Shown: one piece after another, positions 28,484-39,000 of the stretch
How positions within the stretch are numbered: the first letter of the stretch is position 1
How the letters are laid out: every line of letters begins with the position of its first letter
Origin: Acidimicrobiales bacterium
GTDB lineage: Bacteria; Actinomycetota; Acidimicrobiia; Acidimicrobiales; SZUA-35
Reading direction: 5' to 3'
DNA: 64,000 bases
NCBI GenBank assembly: GCA_965216685.1
Contig: OZ244195.1
Location: forward strand, 657,610 to 721,609
Translations under genes and position numbers: made by a program
Notes under the pieces: generated by a model
Told to the model about the DNA's origin: nothing
The model's database searches: none
What the model saw: only the letters and a program-made list of their open reading frames with translations

Positions 28484-29119
28484 CTACATACGGCGGAGCA
28501 GATCGGTCTTCTTGGCCTCGAACTCGGCGTCGCTGATGATGCCCTTCGATCGGAGATCAGCCAGTCGTTCGATCTGATCGGGGATGGACAGGGCGGCCGG
28601 GTTCCCGTCTCCCAGGTTGCGGCCCACCCGGTCGAACTTGCGGTTCTCGTTGCCTTCCATCTGGCGGTAGATCTCGTTCTGTACGTTGAGGGGCTTCCGC
28701 ACGTTACCGAAGGCCTGCTGACCCATCTCCCCGGCTGACTCCACCACCAGCTCCCCGGCACCCAGCATGCGCTCGAAGAGGCTCTGGCGGAAGAACACGG
28801 TGTTGATGCGTTCGAGCGGGATCTCGATGCCACTGCGGCTGAGCACTCCGGAGCGGTTGATCAGCCGATCGGTGGTGAGCACGAAGTTCGTGTTCACCCA
28901 CACCAGGTAGCGGGCACCGAACCAGAACAGCACGAACACGATCAGGGCGGCGGCCATGATGGACACGATGGGAACGGCCTCGAAGAAGACCAGGGCCACC
29001 AGCCCGAGGAGGACGGCGCCGACCAGGGCGACGGTCTGAGGAGCGAAGAACCACCAGTGGGGGTGGAGGTCGAGCACCACCTGCTCGCCCTCATTGAGTT
29101 GTTCTCTAGGAAAGGCCAC
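28484..29119 (-). CDS. membrane bPH (YdbT-like) domain protein with C-terminal SHOCT domain
   Basis: Two TM segments plus a PH-like region. C-terminal LADLRSKGIISDAEFEAKKTDLL is a SHOCT pattern. Confidence 0.7.
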   Translation of the reverse strand: MAFPREQLNEGEQVVLDLHPHWWFFAPQTVALVGAVLLGLVALVFFEAVPIVSIMAAALIVFVLFWFGARYLVWVNTNFVLTTDRLINRSGVLSRSGIEIPLERINTVFFRQSLFERMLGAGELVVESAGEMGQQAFGNVRKPLNVQNEIYRQMEGNENRKFDRVGRNLGDGNPAALSIPDQIERLADLRSKGIISDAEFEAKKTDLLRRM

Positions 29120-30068
29120 GGGTAACCAGGGTAGTTGACCGGTACCCCGTCGGACTGGTGCCCCGTAGCCGTTTGAAGGCCGAGCTGAAGGAGTAGGGGG
29201 TGGAGTAGCCGACCTGGGAGGCCACGGCGGTCACCGAGTCCTGCCCCGATCGCAGCAGGTCGGCGGCCAGGGAGATTCTCAGTTCGGTCAGGTAGGTCAT
29301 GGGGGGAACGTTCATGCACTCGCTGAAGCGGCGGGCGAACAGGGCCCGCGACACCCCGACCTCGGACGCCAGGGAGGCCACCGTCCACCGTTGGGCCGGG
29401 GCCTCGTGCAGGAGGCGGAGGGCGGGCCCGACGATCGGATCGGCATCCGCGGTGTACCAGTCGGGGGCGTGGCCGCCGGGTCGCTCGAACAGGGCCCGGG
29501 CCGAGGCGATGACCAACAGGTCGAGCAGCCGGCTGAGAATCAGGCTCTGACCGGGGCGATCGTGACCCAACTCGGCGGAAAGCACGGCCAGCAACGGCGA
29601 CTGATGCTCATCGGCCGGCAACACGGCCAGTGGGGGCAGAGCGGCGATGAACCGTTGCCCCACCTCGGAGGCCGACTCGTAGATGCCGATGAGCATGCGA
29701 CAAGTGCCGCCGGTGGGGTCGGCGGCGTTGCCCCAGGTGCGGACCCCGAGCCCCATCACCTCACTCAGATCGGCACCGTCGATTGTGGTGCAACGCTGCC
29801 CGGGGTGGACGATCACCTGGGGCGGTGTGTCGGGGCTGTCGGCCATGATGTAGGGGTCGGTCCCGCTGACCACGGCGATGTCACCGGCACTCACCAGCAC
29901 CGGCTCGCCGTCGTCGGGAACCAGCCAGGCCCAGCCGTCGGTGACGGCGATGAGGGCCAGCGGAGCCTCATCACGGATGTGCAGAGACCACGGCGGGTCG
30001 AGAAGCGCTCGGAGGACGAAGGCGTCGACCGCCCGGGGACCGTCGAGCAAACCGGTGAGTGCGTCCAT
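29106..30068 (-). CDS. AraC-family transcriptional regulator (cupin + HTH)
   Basis: Start at ATG 30068 (MDALTGLL). C-terminal double HTH (..LASEVGVSRALFARRF.., ..VASQVGYSTPYSFSSAFKR..). Confidence 0.8.
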   Translation of the reverse strand: MDALTGLLDGPRAVDAFVLRALLDPPWSLHIRDEAPLALIAVTDGWAWLVPDDGEPVLVSAGDIAVVSGTDPYIMADSPDTPPQVIVHPGQRCTTIDGADLSEVMGLGVRTWGNAADPTGGTCRMLIGIYESASEVGQRFIAALPPLAVLPADEHQSPLLAVLSAELGHDRPGQSLILSRLLDLLVIASARALFERPGGHAPDWYTADADPIVGPALRLLHEAPAQRWTVASLASEVGVSRALFARRFSECMNVPPMTYLTELRISLAADLLRSGQDSVTAVASQVGYSTPYSFSSAFKRLRGTSPTGYRSTTLVTRGLS

Positions 30069-30152
30069 GCCGATGATGCTATAGACGAACGCGTATGAAA
30101 TCAAGAGAATCAACCATGGATCGTCTTCATTTCGCCCCGTACGGTACGAGAC

Positions 30153-30719
30153 ATGACAACCCACACCCCACAACCCCCAGACCCCGTCCGGCTACCGGCT
30201 GACGAGGTGCTCCGTCTGATTGACAAGCGGTCCTATGGCGTGCTGGCCTCGACGTCGCCGGCCGGCCGGAGCCATTCAGCCGGGGTGCTCTACTCCCGGA
30301 CCGGATCATCACTTGTCTTCAGCACCATGCGATCAAGTCGCAAAGCCCGCAACGTGGCCGCCAATCCCCATGTGGCCATGACCATCCCCGTCCGCCGAGT
30401 GCCCGTCGGTGGTCCGCCGTCGGCCATCATGTTCCAGGGCCGGGCCGAGATCCTCGACCTCGATGACCGCTGGCTGCGAAGCCAAGCCGACGCCGGCCAT
30501 CTCAAGTCGATAACCGGCCATGGTGAGTTGGAGCTTGCCGGTGGCTGTTTCGTCCGGATCGACCTGCCCGACCGGGTGGTGACCTACGGCCTGGGCATGT
30601 CGTTGCTGTCGCTGATCAGAGACCCGCTGAATGCCTCCGGTTGGAGCGACCTCAGCACAGTACACCGGGCTGCCGGGCACCGGGCTGCCGGAGCAGGTTT
30701 GTGCGTTGCGGTGTCATAG
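30153..30719 (+). CDS. pyridoxamine 5'-phosphate oxidase-family (FMN/F420 split-barrel) protein
   Basis: SYGVLASTSPAGRSHSAGV...RKARNVAANPHVAM pattern. The C-terminal about 20 aa derive from a 15-bp duplication and hairpin H2. Confidence 0.7.
   Translation: MTTHTPQPPDPVRLPADEVLRLIDKRSYGVLASTSPAGRSHSAGVLYSRTGSSLVFSTMRSSRKARNVAANPHVAMTIPVRRVPVGGPPSAIMFQGRAEILDLDDRWLRSQADAGHLKSITGHGELELAGGCFVRIDLPDRVVTYGLGMSLLSLIRDPLNASGWSDLSTVHRAAGHRAAGAGLCVAVS
30663..30692. repeat. 15-bp tandem duplication inside a CDS
   Basis: caccgggctgccggg / caccgggctgccgga (14/15 identical). Encodes HRAAG-HRAAG. Confidence 0.85.
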
Positions 30720-30740
30720 TGACACCGCAACGCACAAACC
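30696..30740. repeat. family-B hairpin H2 (21-bp perfect stem, loop TAG)
   Basis: GGTTTGTGCGTTGCGGTGTCA tag TGACACCGCAACGCACAAACC. The loop TAG is the stop codon of the upstream gene. Confidence 0.85.
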
Positions 30741-30770
30741 TTCCCATGGCTCGACACGTGGCCCAAACCA

Positions 30771-32831
30771 TTGTCACAGTGGTCGGCTACCCTCGCCAGG
30801 GTGGGTTCCGATCAGTTGCTCGACGGTCTGAACCGGGCTCAGGTCAGGGCGGTGACAACACCGCCGGGCCGGGTTCTGGTGGTGGCCGGAGCCGGTTCGG
30901 GCAAGACGCGGGTGCTGACCCGGCGTATCGCCTGGCGGATCGAGCAGGGTGAGACGGACCCCCGCCGGGTCCTGGCCCTCACCTTCACCCGCAAGGCCGC
31001 CATCGAGCTGCGTGAGCGGCAGCATCGCCTGGGGCTCCGCGACCGGGTACCGGCCGGCACCTTTCACAGCTTCGCCCTCAGCCAGCTGCGGCAGCGCTGG
31101 GACGAGCGCCGCACCGTACCCCCCACCCTCATCAACAGCAAGATCAGGTTCCTGTCCCGGCTTTCCCGCCCACCCCCCGGAGTCGACCTCACCGACATCG
31201 TGGCCGAGATCGAATGGGCCCGGGCCCGCATGGTCGAACCCGACGACTACGGGCACCGGGCCAACAAGGCCGGGCGGGTGCCTCCGGTGGCACCCGAGTT
31301 CATCTCCCAACTGATGGTCGACTACCAGAAGGAGAAGCGACGCAAGCGGGTCGTCGACTTCGACGACCTGCTGGAGCTGGCCATCCGCGACCTACGGGCC
31401 GACCCCGACTACGCCGCGGCCGTGCGATGGCGTCATCGCCACTTCTACGTCGACGAGTTCCAGGACGTCAACCCCCTGCAGCATGCTCTGCTGCTGGAGT
31501 GGCTGGGCGACCGTGACGATCTGTTCATGGTGGGTGATCCCCGCCAGTCGATCTATGCCTGGAACGGGGCCGACCCCGAGTTGATGAACTCACTCATCGG
31601 GACCGACGACATCACCACCATCAACCTGGTCGACAACTACCGCTCCACCCCCCAGGTCCTGGGCCTGGCCGCCACCGTGACGACCACGGAATCGACAACC
31701 AGGGTCGACACCGACCTCGTCGGCCACCGACCCGATGGGCCGGCCCCCACACTGACCCGCTACCGGACCGATCGAGCCGAAGCCGTGGGCATAGCCGAAG
31801 CGGTGCGGCTGGCCAATGCCGGCGGGTACCGCTACTCCCAACAGGCGGTCCTGGTTCGTACCAACGCCCAGCTGGCCTTGATCGAACAGGAGCTGACGGC
31901 CCTGCGCATCCCCAGCCGGGTGCGGTCGGGAGCAGGTCCGCTGGGCAGCCCTGAGGTCAAAGCGGTGTTGGCCGCCATCGGGCGCCAGGGCATCGACCTG
32001 GTTCAGCAGTTGGAGGAGCTCGATCAACAGCTCACCGAAGGCGACACCGACCGCGACCACAACGGCCGGCAACCACCGGCGACGGTGGCCGGCCGGGTGG
32101 AGCGGCACAACAACCTGGCCGCCCTCAGCCGACTGATCCACGACTACCTGGCCACCGAACCGGCGCCCACCGGGCCCGGGTTCCTGGCCTGGTTGGCCAC
32201 GGTGAACGGCAGCGATGTCGAAGCGGGAGACGACGCCGTCGACCTGGTGACCTTCCACGGGGCCAAGGGGCTGGAGTGGCCGGTGGTCCACATCGCCGGG
32301 CTGGAGGACGGTTTCGTGCCGGTGATCCACGCCACCACTCGGGCCCAGCTGGCCGAAGAGATGCGTCTTCTCTACGTGGCCCTGACCCGGGCCGAGGAGT
32401 CGCTCAATCTGTCGTGGGCCGAGCAGCGCACCTTCGGCACCAAGACGGTCGGCCGGGACCCGGCTCCGATCCTCGATCGGCTGGCAGCAGCCATAGCCGA
32501 GGTCGGCGGGTCCGCCCTCCTGCCCGACTGGCGAGCCCACATCGCCCGTTCCCGCCGGGCCATCGACGGCGACGGCCGAGCCGACAACGGGGGCGGCCAG
32601 CCCTCACACGACAGCGAGGCAACCTATCGCCAGCTGCAACGCTGGCGCGACCGTAAGGCCCGGGCCGGGCAGGTCCCGGCCCACGTCATCATCTCCGATC
32701 AGGCCCTTCGGGCCGTGGCCCGACATCGTCCCACCACCATCGGCCGGCTGGCCGCCGTCACCGACCTGCGACCGGCCAAACTGACCCGGTTCGGTCCCGA
32801 GATTCTCGACATCGTCCTGTCCGATCGGTGA
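30771..32831 (+). CDS. UvrD/PcrA-family DNA helicase with C-terminal HRDC domain (UvrD2-like)
   Basis: GAGSGKT Walker A, VDEFQD, TFHGAKGLEW. C-terminal HRDC-like YRQLQRWRDRKA...ISDQALRAVA. Confidence 0.85.
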   Translation: MSQWSATLARVGSDQLLDGLNRAQVRAVTTPPGRVLVVAGAGSGKTRVLTRRIAWRIEQGETDPRRVLALTFTRKAAIELRERQHRLGLRDRVPAGTFHSFALSQLRQRWDERRTVPPTLINSKIRFLSRLSRPPPGVDLTDIVAEIEWARARMVEPDDYGHRANKAGRVPPVAPEFISQLMVDYQKEKRRKRVVDFDDLLELAIRDLRADPDYAAAVRWRHRHFYVDEFQDVNPLQHALLLEWLGDRDDLFMVGDPRQSIYAWNGADPELMNSLIGTDDITTINLVDNYRSTPQVLGLAATVTTTESTTRVDTDLVGHRPDGPAPTLTRYRTDRAEAVGIAEAVRLANAGGYRYSQQAVLVRTNAQLALIEQELTALRIPSRVRSGAGPLGSPEVKAVLAAIGRQGIDLVQQLEELDQQLTEGDTDRDHNGRQPPATVAGRVERHNNLAALSRLIHDYLATEPAPTGPGFLAWLATVNGSDVEAGDDAVDLVTFHGAKGLEWPVVHIAGLEDGFVPVIHATTRAQLAEEMRLLYVALTRAEESLNLSWAEQRTFGTKTVGRDPAPILDRLAAAIAEVGGSALLPDWRAHIARSRRAIDGDGRADNGGGQPSHDSEATYRQLQRWRDRKARAGQVPAHVIISDQALRAVARHRPTTIGRLAAVTDLRPAKLTRFGPEILDIVLSDR

Positions 32832-32876
32832 TGATCAAGGCAACGGGAGGTGTCCGGGGACGACCTGAAGGGCCGG

Positions 32877-35057
32877 TCAGGCCGATCGTTGGTCGGGCAT
32901 GACGACCACCACCACGGTCTGGGGGCAGTGCTCCAGAACGTGCTCGGTCGTGGGCCCGAGACTGGGACGGCTACCGGGGACCCGCCGGATCTGAGCGCCG
33001 ATCACCACCAGGTCGGCCTCGATGCTGTTGGCCCGCTTGACGATTTCGGTGGCCGATGACCCGGCAAAACGGATCTCGGTTTCCGCCGTCGCCCTCGTCT
33101 CCATGGCGTAGCGGTGGGCCTCGGCCAACAGGCCCCCGGCCACGTCGTCGTCGACTCTGGCCGACGCTCGAAACCGTTCGAACAACGAACCGGGACCGGT
33201 TCCACCCCGGGGACGGTAGACGACGTGACTGAGCAGAAGGTGCGTCCCCAGGTTGGACGAGAGGTTGGCCGCCAACTCCAACGCAGCCTGGGAGGATCGA
33301 CTCCCGGCAATGGGAACGAGAGCCTGGGCGAACACCCCGGGGAGGCGGCCCGGATGGTTCATGGCCTTGCGTACGATGACCACCGGGAGATCGCTGAGGT
33401 TGAGCAGTTCATCGACCAGTGACGACGCGATGTGACCAGGTCCCGCCTCACTGCCGGCCCCCACGGCAATAGCCCCGTAGCCCAGGCGCGATTGGGCGAT
33501 GATCGCCCGGGCGGCGGCGACATCGTCGAGATCGGGAGAGAGTTCGGTGACCTCGAACTCGCGACCATGAAGCACGTTGCCCATGACGTCGATGTTGGGA
33601 CCGCCGCCATCGGACCGCACCGCCACCACCGTGGCCGCCAGATCCTCGGGCCAGGTGAAGTGCACGATCTGGGCGGCGACGATCGAGTTGGCCTCCGAGA
33701 CCGAGGGCAACAGGATCCGGCTGCTGCGAATCAAGAGGTTGCTCTCGAGAGCTTGTTCCCGGGCCAGTCGTTCCCGTTCCGCCACCGACCCCTCCAGGCC
33801 ACGGCTGAACACCCGTAGTCCGACCGAAGCCAACAGTGACGTCACCAGCGGGATCATCACGATCATGGTGAACGCCGTCTGGTTGAGGACCCCGAGAGAC
33901 AGCCCGACGGTGGCGATGATGATCTCCAACGCTCCCCGGGCGTTGAGGCCCGAGCCCAGCACCAATCCTTCACGGTTGGTCAGTCCACCCAACCGGGCCC
34001 CGGCGAAGGCACCGATGAACTTGAGCCCCAACGCCACCAACAGCAGGATCAGGGCCCAGCCCAAAGCCGACCCCCGCAGCAGCGACAGGTCGAGCCGCAG
34101 CCCGGCGGTGGCAAAGAACAGAGGGGCGAACAGCACCGAGGTGAGATCTACGATGGCGTGCTCGGCTTCAACCTGGCGGTAACGGGAGCGAGCCAGCACG
34201 ACCCCGGCCACAAAGGTACCCAGGACGGCCTCGACACCGAGGGCCTGGGTGATGACGCCGAAGCTCAACATGGTGGCCACGATCGCCGTCAAGGCCCCTC
34301 GCTGGTTGGGCCCCTCTCGCCGCACCGTCCTCAGAGCGGTGTCCACCACCCGCTGGCCGACCGTCAGGGCGCCGGCCATGAACATGGTCAGTCCGGCCAC
34401 GGTGAGCACCGCGTCCAGAGCCGAGACATGACCCGACGCGGCCAGACCGGCAATGACGCCCAGGATGACCCAGCCGATCAGGTCGTTGGCCATGCCGGCG
34501 GCAATGGTGATCTGACCGACGTCGCGACGCATCAAGTTGAGGTCGCTCAGTATCTTGGCGATGACGGCCAGGGCCGAGACGGCCACCGCGGCGGCAATGA
34601 ACAGAGCGAAGACGATTCGATCCGGCCCCTCGCCGCCGACCGAACCGTAGAACGTGGGGGGCATCAGCCAGCCGGCGATCAACCCGCCGGTCAGCGGCAC
34701 GATCACACTGCCGGTGGTGACCAGGGCGGCCGCCCTCCCCAGCCGGGTGATGAGGGCCAGGTCGGTTTCGAAGCCGGCCACGACGAGCAGGAAGGCCGCC
34801 CCGAACCAGGAGACGGCCAGCAGCATGGCCGACTGGGTGTCGGCTTGGTCACCCGAGGGCAGGAACCAGTCGAACAACCCCGCGACGATCATCCCCAACA
34901 CGCTCGGGCCGAGGATCAGTCCGGCCGTCAGTTCGCCGACGACCGAGGGAAGACCGGCACGGCGGGCCACGCCGCCGAGCAGCCGAGCCACCGCAAACAG
35001 TGTCAGCAACTGGGTCCAGAACACCAGCAGCTCGTGATGGCTGAGGCTTGTCAACAT
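32877..35057 (-). CDS. CPA2-type cation:proton antiporter fused to tandem universal stress protein domains
   Basis: About 12 TM Na+/H+ exchanger region, followed by two USP-like modules (..LLPSVSEANS.., ..LVPIAGSRSS..). Confidence 0.8.
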   Translation of the reverse strand: MLTSLSHHELLVFWTQLLTLFAVARLLGGVARRAGLPSVVGELTAGLILGPSVLGMIVAGLFDWFLPSGDQADTQSAMLLAVSWFGAAFLLVVAGFETDLALITRLGRAAALVTTGSVIVPLTGGLIAGWLMPPTFYGSVGGEGPDRIVFALFIAAAVAVSALAVIAKILSDLNLMRRDVGQITIAAGMANDLIGWVILGVIAGLAASGHVSALDAVLTVAGLTMFMAGALTVGQRVVDTALRTVRREGPNQRGALTAIVATMLSFGVITQALGVEAVLGTFVAGVVLARSRYRQVEAEHAIVDLTSVLFAPLFFATAGLRLDLSLLRGSALGWALILLLVALGLKFIGAFAGARLGGLTNREGLVLGSGLNARGALEIIIATVGLSLGVLNQTAFTMIVMIPLVTSLLASVGLRVFSRGLEGSVAERERLAREQALESNLLIRSSRILLPSVSEANSIVAAQIVHFTWPEDLAATVVAVRSDGGGPNIDVMGNVLHGREFEVTELSPDLDDVAAARAIIAQSRLGYGAIAVGAGSEAGPGHIASSLVDELLNLSDLPVVIVRKAMNHPGRLPGVFAQALVPIAGSRSSQAALELAANLSSNLGTHLLLSHVVYRPRGGTGPGSLFERFRASARVDDDVAGGLLAEAHRYAMETRATAETEIRFAGSSATEIVKRANSIEADLVVIGAQIRRVPGSRPSLGPTTEHVLEHCPQTVVVVVMPDQRSA

Positions 35058-35146
35058 GGTGTTGGTCAGCGGCTTCCCGGACGACCCGCAACGGGCCTTC
35101 CCTCACTCCTCCACGTCGAGCCGGCGAAACCCGGACCCGACCGCGC

Positions 35147-35923
35147 TCACTTCATAGCGTAGCGAGCCAGCACCGGAGCGTGATCGCTGGGCTTGGTGCC
35201 CTTACGGGCGTTGCGATCGACCAAGTCGAGCCGGCAGACGTCAGCCAGCGCCCTGGTCGAGAGAATGTAGTCGATCCGCATTCCTTGACGTTTGTGGAAC
35301 CGACCGGCCTTGTAGTCGTAGTAGCTGAACAGGCCGGGATCGGGATAACGGTCACGGAAGGTGTCGATCAGGCCCCACTGGATGACATCGGCCAAGGCCG
35401 CCCGCTCTTGCGGCGTGACATGGGTGAGACCCTCGAAGGCGGCAACGTCCCACACGTCGCGGTCGTCGGGGGCGATGTTCCAGTCGCCGGCGACAACGAC
35501 AGGCTCGGTGGGATCGGCGGTGGCCTCGAGGTGGGCTCGGAGCCGCTTGAGCCAACCGATCTTGTAGTGGTACTGCTCGTGGCCGACCTCCCGACCGTTG
35601 GGCACATAGACGCTGTTGACCCGGACCGGCCCGCAGCGGGCCGACACCAACCGGGCGTCGCTGTCGGGTTCGATGCCGGGTGCGAATCCCTGGACGACAT
35701 CGTCGATCCCGACCCGGGAGAGGACGGCCACGCCGTTCCACTGACCTTGCCCGTGGTGGGCGACCTCGTAGCCGAGGTCGGTGAAGGCCTCCACCGGCAC
35801 CGCATCGTCGGCCAGCTTTGTTTCCTGCAGGCAGACAATGTGGGGTTGAACCTCGGCCAGCCACGGCTCAACCCGAGGCATGCGGGCATTGAGCGAATTG
35901 ACATTCCAAGTGGCAACGAGCAT
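35147..35923 (-). CDS. xthA: exodeoxyribonuclease III
   Basis: WNVNSLNAR, CLQETK, DHAPV motifs. 258 aa. Confidence 0.9.
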   Translation of the reverse strand: MLVATWNVNSLNARMPRVEPWLAEVQPHIVCLQETKLADDAVPVEAFTDLGYEVAHHGQGQWNGVAVLSRVGIDDVVQGFAPGIEPDSDARLVSARCGPVRVNSVYVPNGREVGHEQYHYKIGWLKRLRAHLEATADPTEPVVVAGDWNIAPDDRDVWDVAAFEGLTHVTPQERAALADVIQWGLIDTFRDRYPDPGLFSYYDYKAGRFHKRQGMRIDYILSTRALADVCRLDLVDRNARKGTKPSDHAPVLARYAMK

Positions 35924-36015
35924 CGTCTAAACCTACCGTTCTACGGCACCGCCGGCGGTTGATTCGAGAGCCTCCGGCCCCGATATCGATGAGCTCAACA
36001 AGGTAGGATCTGCCC

Positions 36016-39000
36016 GTGACCTCTCCATCAAACGGTGACCTCGCCGATTCCCAGGGCCCGAACTCGTGGTTTGTACAGGAGCTGTACCAACAGTATCTCG
36101 ACAACCCCCGGTCGGTACCGACCGAGTGGCAGGAGATCTTCGCCCAGGGCCCGCCGGGAACCGTGGCCCCCAGCGCCCCGGCCGAGGGGCGCACCGTTCG
36201 GCTCGATGAGGTCACGCAAGCGGCTCCGGATCCGGCCCAGCCGGCGCCACCGGGCCCGAACACCCAGCCTCCGGCAAGTCCGCCTCCGGCCCCGACCCCC
36301 GATCCAACCCGATCGGCGCCCGAGCCGCCGTCGGTCTTCGAACCGTCACCGTCGGCCCTGTCGCAGGCCGAACCCGAGCCTGCGGCCGAGACGGCGGCCC
36401 CATCTCCTTCGGCCGAATCGGCCGCCCCTCCTACGGTCAACGGCGGACCACAACCGGCCGCGACCGACGACGGGGGCGAGGAATCCGAGGAGGAGCCCGC
36501 CAACGAGACGGTGCCGCTGCGAGGGGTGTCGGCCCTCATCGCCTCCAACATGGAGGCCAGCCTGGAGGTGCCGACGGCCACCAGCTTCCGCGAGGTTCCG
36601 GCCAAACTTCTCGAGGTCAACCGCCGAATCCTCAACAACCACCTGCGGCGGGTTCGGGGCGGCAAGGTCAGCTTCACCCACATCATCGGCTACGCCGTGG
36701 TCAGGGCGATACGAACCACCACGCCAAGCCTCAACAACACCTACCAGGTGAACGACGACGGCAAGCCCGAGCTGGTCCGCAACGGCCACGTGAACCTGGG
36801 GATCGCCGTCGATCTGCAGAAGGACGACGGTAGTCGCACCCTGATGGTGCCGGTCATCAAGGCGGCCGACACCCTCGATTTCTCCGAGTTCGTCGACGCC
36901 TACGAAGCGCTCATCGACAAGGTCCGCAACAGCAAGGTCACCGTCGACGACCTCACCGGGGCCACGGTCACGCTCACCAACCCCGGCACCATCGGCACCG
37001 TACAGTCGGTGCCCCGCCTCATGAAGGGGCAGGGCGCCATCATCGGTGTCGGCCGGATCGGCTATCCCACCGAATACCAGGCGGCCGATCCCAAGATGCT
37101 GGCCCATCTCGGCATCTCCAAGATCATCGCCCTGACCTCAACCTATGACCACCGCATCATCCAGGGCGCGGAGTCGGGCCTGTTCCTGAAGAAGGTTCAC
37201 GAGTTGCTGTTGGGAGAGGACGGCTTCTACGACCAGGCCTTTGCCGATGTCGGCGTCCCCTACGAAGCGGTCAAATGGCGCATCGACCACGGCGCCACTG
37301 ACGCCGAGGAGGGCGTGGGCGGCACGGTGGCCAAACAGCTGTCGGTCAACACCCTCATCAACCAGTACCGGGTACGAGGGCATCTGATCGCCAACACCAA
37401 TCCCCTGGCCGACAAGGCCAAGGAGATGCACACCGAACTCGATCCCGCCACCTACGGGCTGACCATCTGGGACCTCGACCGGGAATTCCTCACCGGCGCC
37501 ACCGACGGGATCTACGCCTCGATCGGCGGATTCGCCCAGATGATGAAACTGGGCGACATTCTCGGCGTACTACGCGACGCCTACTGCCGGGCCATCGGTG
37601 TTGAATACATGCACATCGCCGACCCCGACGAGAAGCGCTGGATCCAGGAACAGGTGGAGGGGCAACCGGTCAGTTTCGACCGGGAGGAGCAGACCCACAT
37701 CCTGGAACGACTGAGCGCGGCCGAAGCACTGGAGCAGTTCCTCCACACCCGCTACGTCGGCCAGAAACGGTTCGGCATCGAAGGCACGGAAAGCGCCATC
37801 CCCATTCTGGACGCCGTGCTGTCGAAGGCGGCCGATGACCACATGGAACGGGCCGTCATCGGTATGGCCCACCGGGGTCGGTTGAACGTTCTCGTCAACA
37901 TCATGGGCAAGCGGTACCAGGATCTCTTCACCGAGTTCGAAGGAGCCATCGACGAGAACGCCATCCAGGGTTCGGGTGATGTCAAGTACCACCTGGGCCA
38001 GGTGGGCAAGCACACCAGCCCTGACGGCAACCAGATCGGCATTGAGCTGGCGGCCAATCCCTCACACCTGGAGGCGGTGGATCCGGTGGTGGTGGGCATG
38101 GCTCGGGCCTACATGGATCAGAGCTCCTCCGGCAACTATCCGGTGCTGCCGATTCTCATCCACGGTGATGCCGCCTTCGCCGGCCAGGGAGTGGTCACCG
38201 AAACGCTCAACCTCTCCCAGGTTCGCGGTTACAAGGTCGGGGGCACGATTCACCTGATCGTCAACAACCAGCTCGGCTACACCACCGCTCCCCACCAGTC
38301 GCGCTCGTCGGAGTATTCAACCGACGTGGCCAAGACGGTTCAGGCCCCCATCTTCCACGTCAACGCCGACGATCCCGAGGCCTGTGTACGGGTGGCCCAG
38401 CTGGCCTTCGACTTCCGTCAACAGTTCAACAAGGACGTGGTCATCGACATGATCGGCTACCGCCGATTCGGTCACAACGAGGGCGACGATCCGAGCTACA
38501 CCCAGCCTCTGATGTACCGCAAGATCGCCGACCGACCGTCGGTGCGCACCCTCTACACCCAGGCTCTGATCGATCGGGGAGACCTGACCCAGACCGAGGC
38601 CGCCGAGGCGCTCGAGCATTTCGAGCAGATGCTGCAGACGGCTCTCGATCTCACCCGGGGATCGGTCAAGTCGGATCTGAAGGCCAAACCGGCACCGCCG
38701 GCCGAAGGTGTACTGCCCCACGTCGAAACGGGGGTGTCGGCCGAAACGATCCGGAACGTCTACCGCACCATCAGCACGATCCCCGAGAACTTCACCGTGC
38801 ATCCCAAGCTGTTGAGACAGCTCAACGCCCGCAACGACCTGTTCGAGTCGGGTCAGGTCGATTGGGCCATCGGCGAGGCGTTGGCCATCGGCACGCTACT
38901 GGCCGAAGGCACATCGGTCAGACTGGCCGGCCAGGACTCGCGGCGGGGCACCTTCGCCCACCGTCACGCCACCCTGCACGACTATCAGACCGGGGCCGAA

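Noticed and set aside
30717-30773. The PNPOx-like ORF and the helicase ORF share a reading frame. This was considered as a stop-codon read-through fusion.
   Set aside because: A second in-frame stop (TGA at 30720-30722) follows the TAG immediately, and the proteins are functionally unrelated.
36180-36520. A Pro/Ala/Glu-rich low-complexity stretch at the N-terminus of Kgd, considered as an inserted repeat or separate ORF.
   Set aside because: It is continuous in frame with kgd. A flexible Pro/Ala-rich N-terminal linker is a known feature of actinobacterial Kgd/OdhA proteins.
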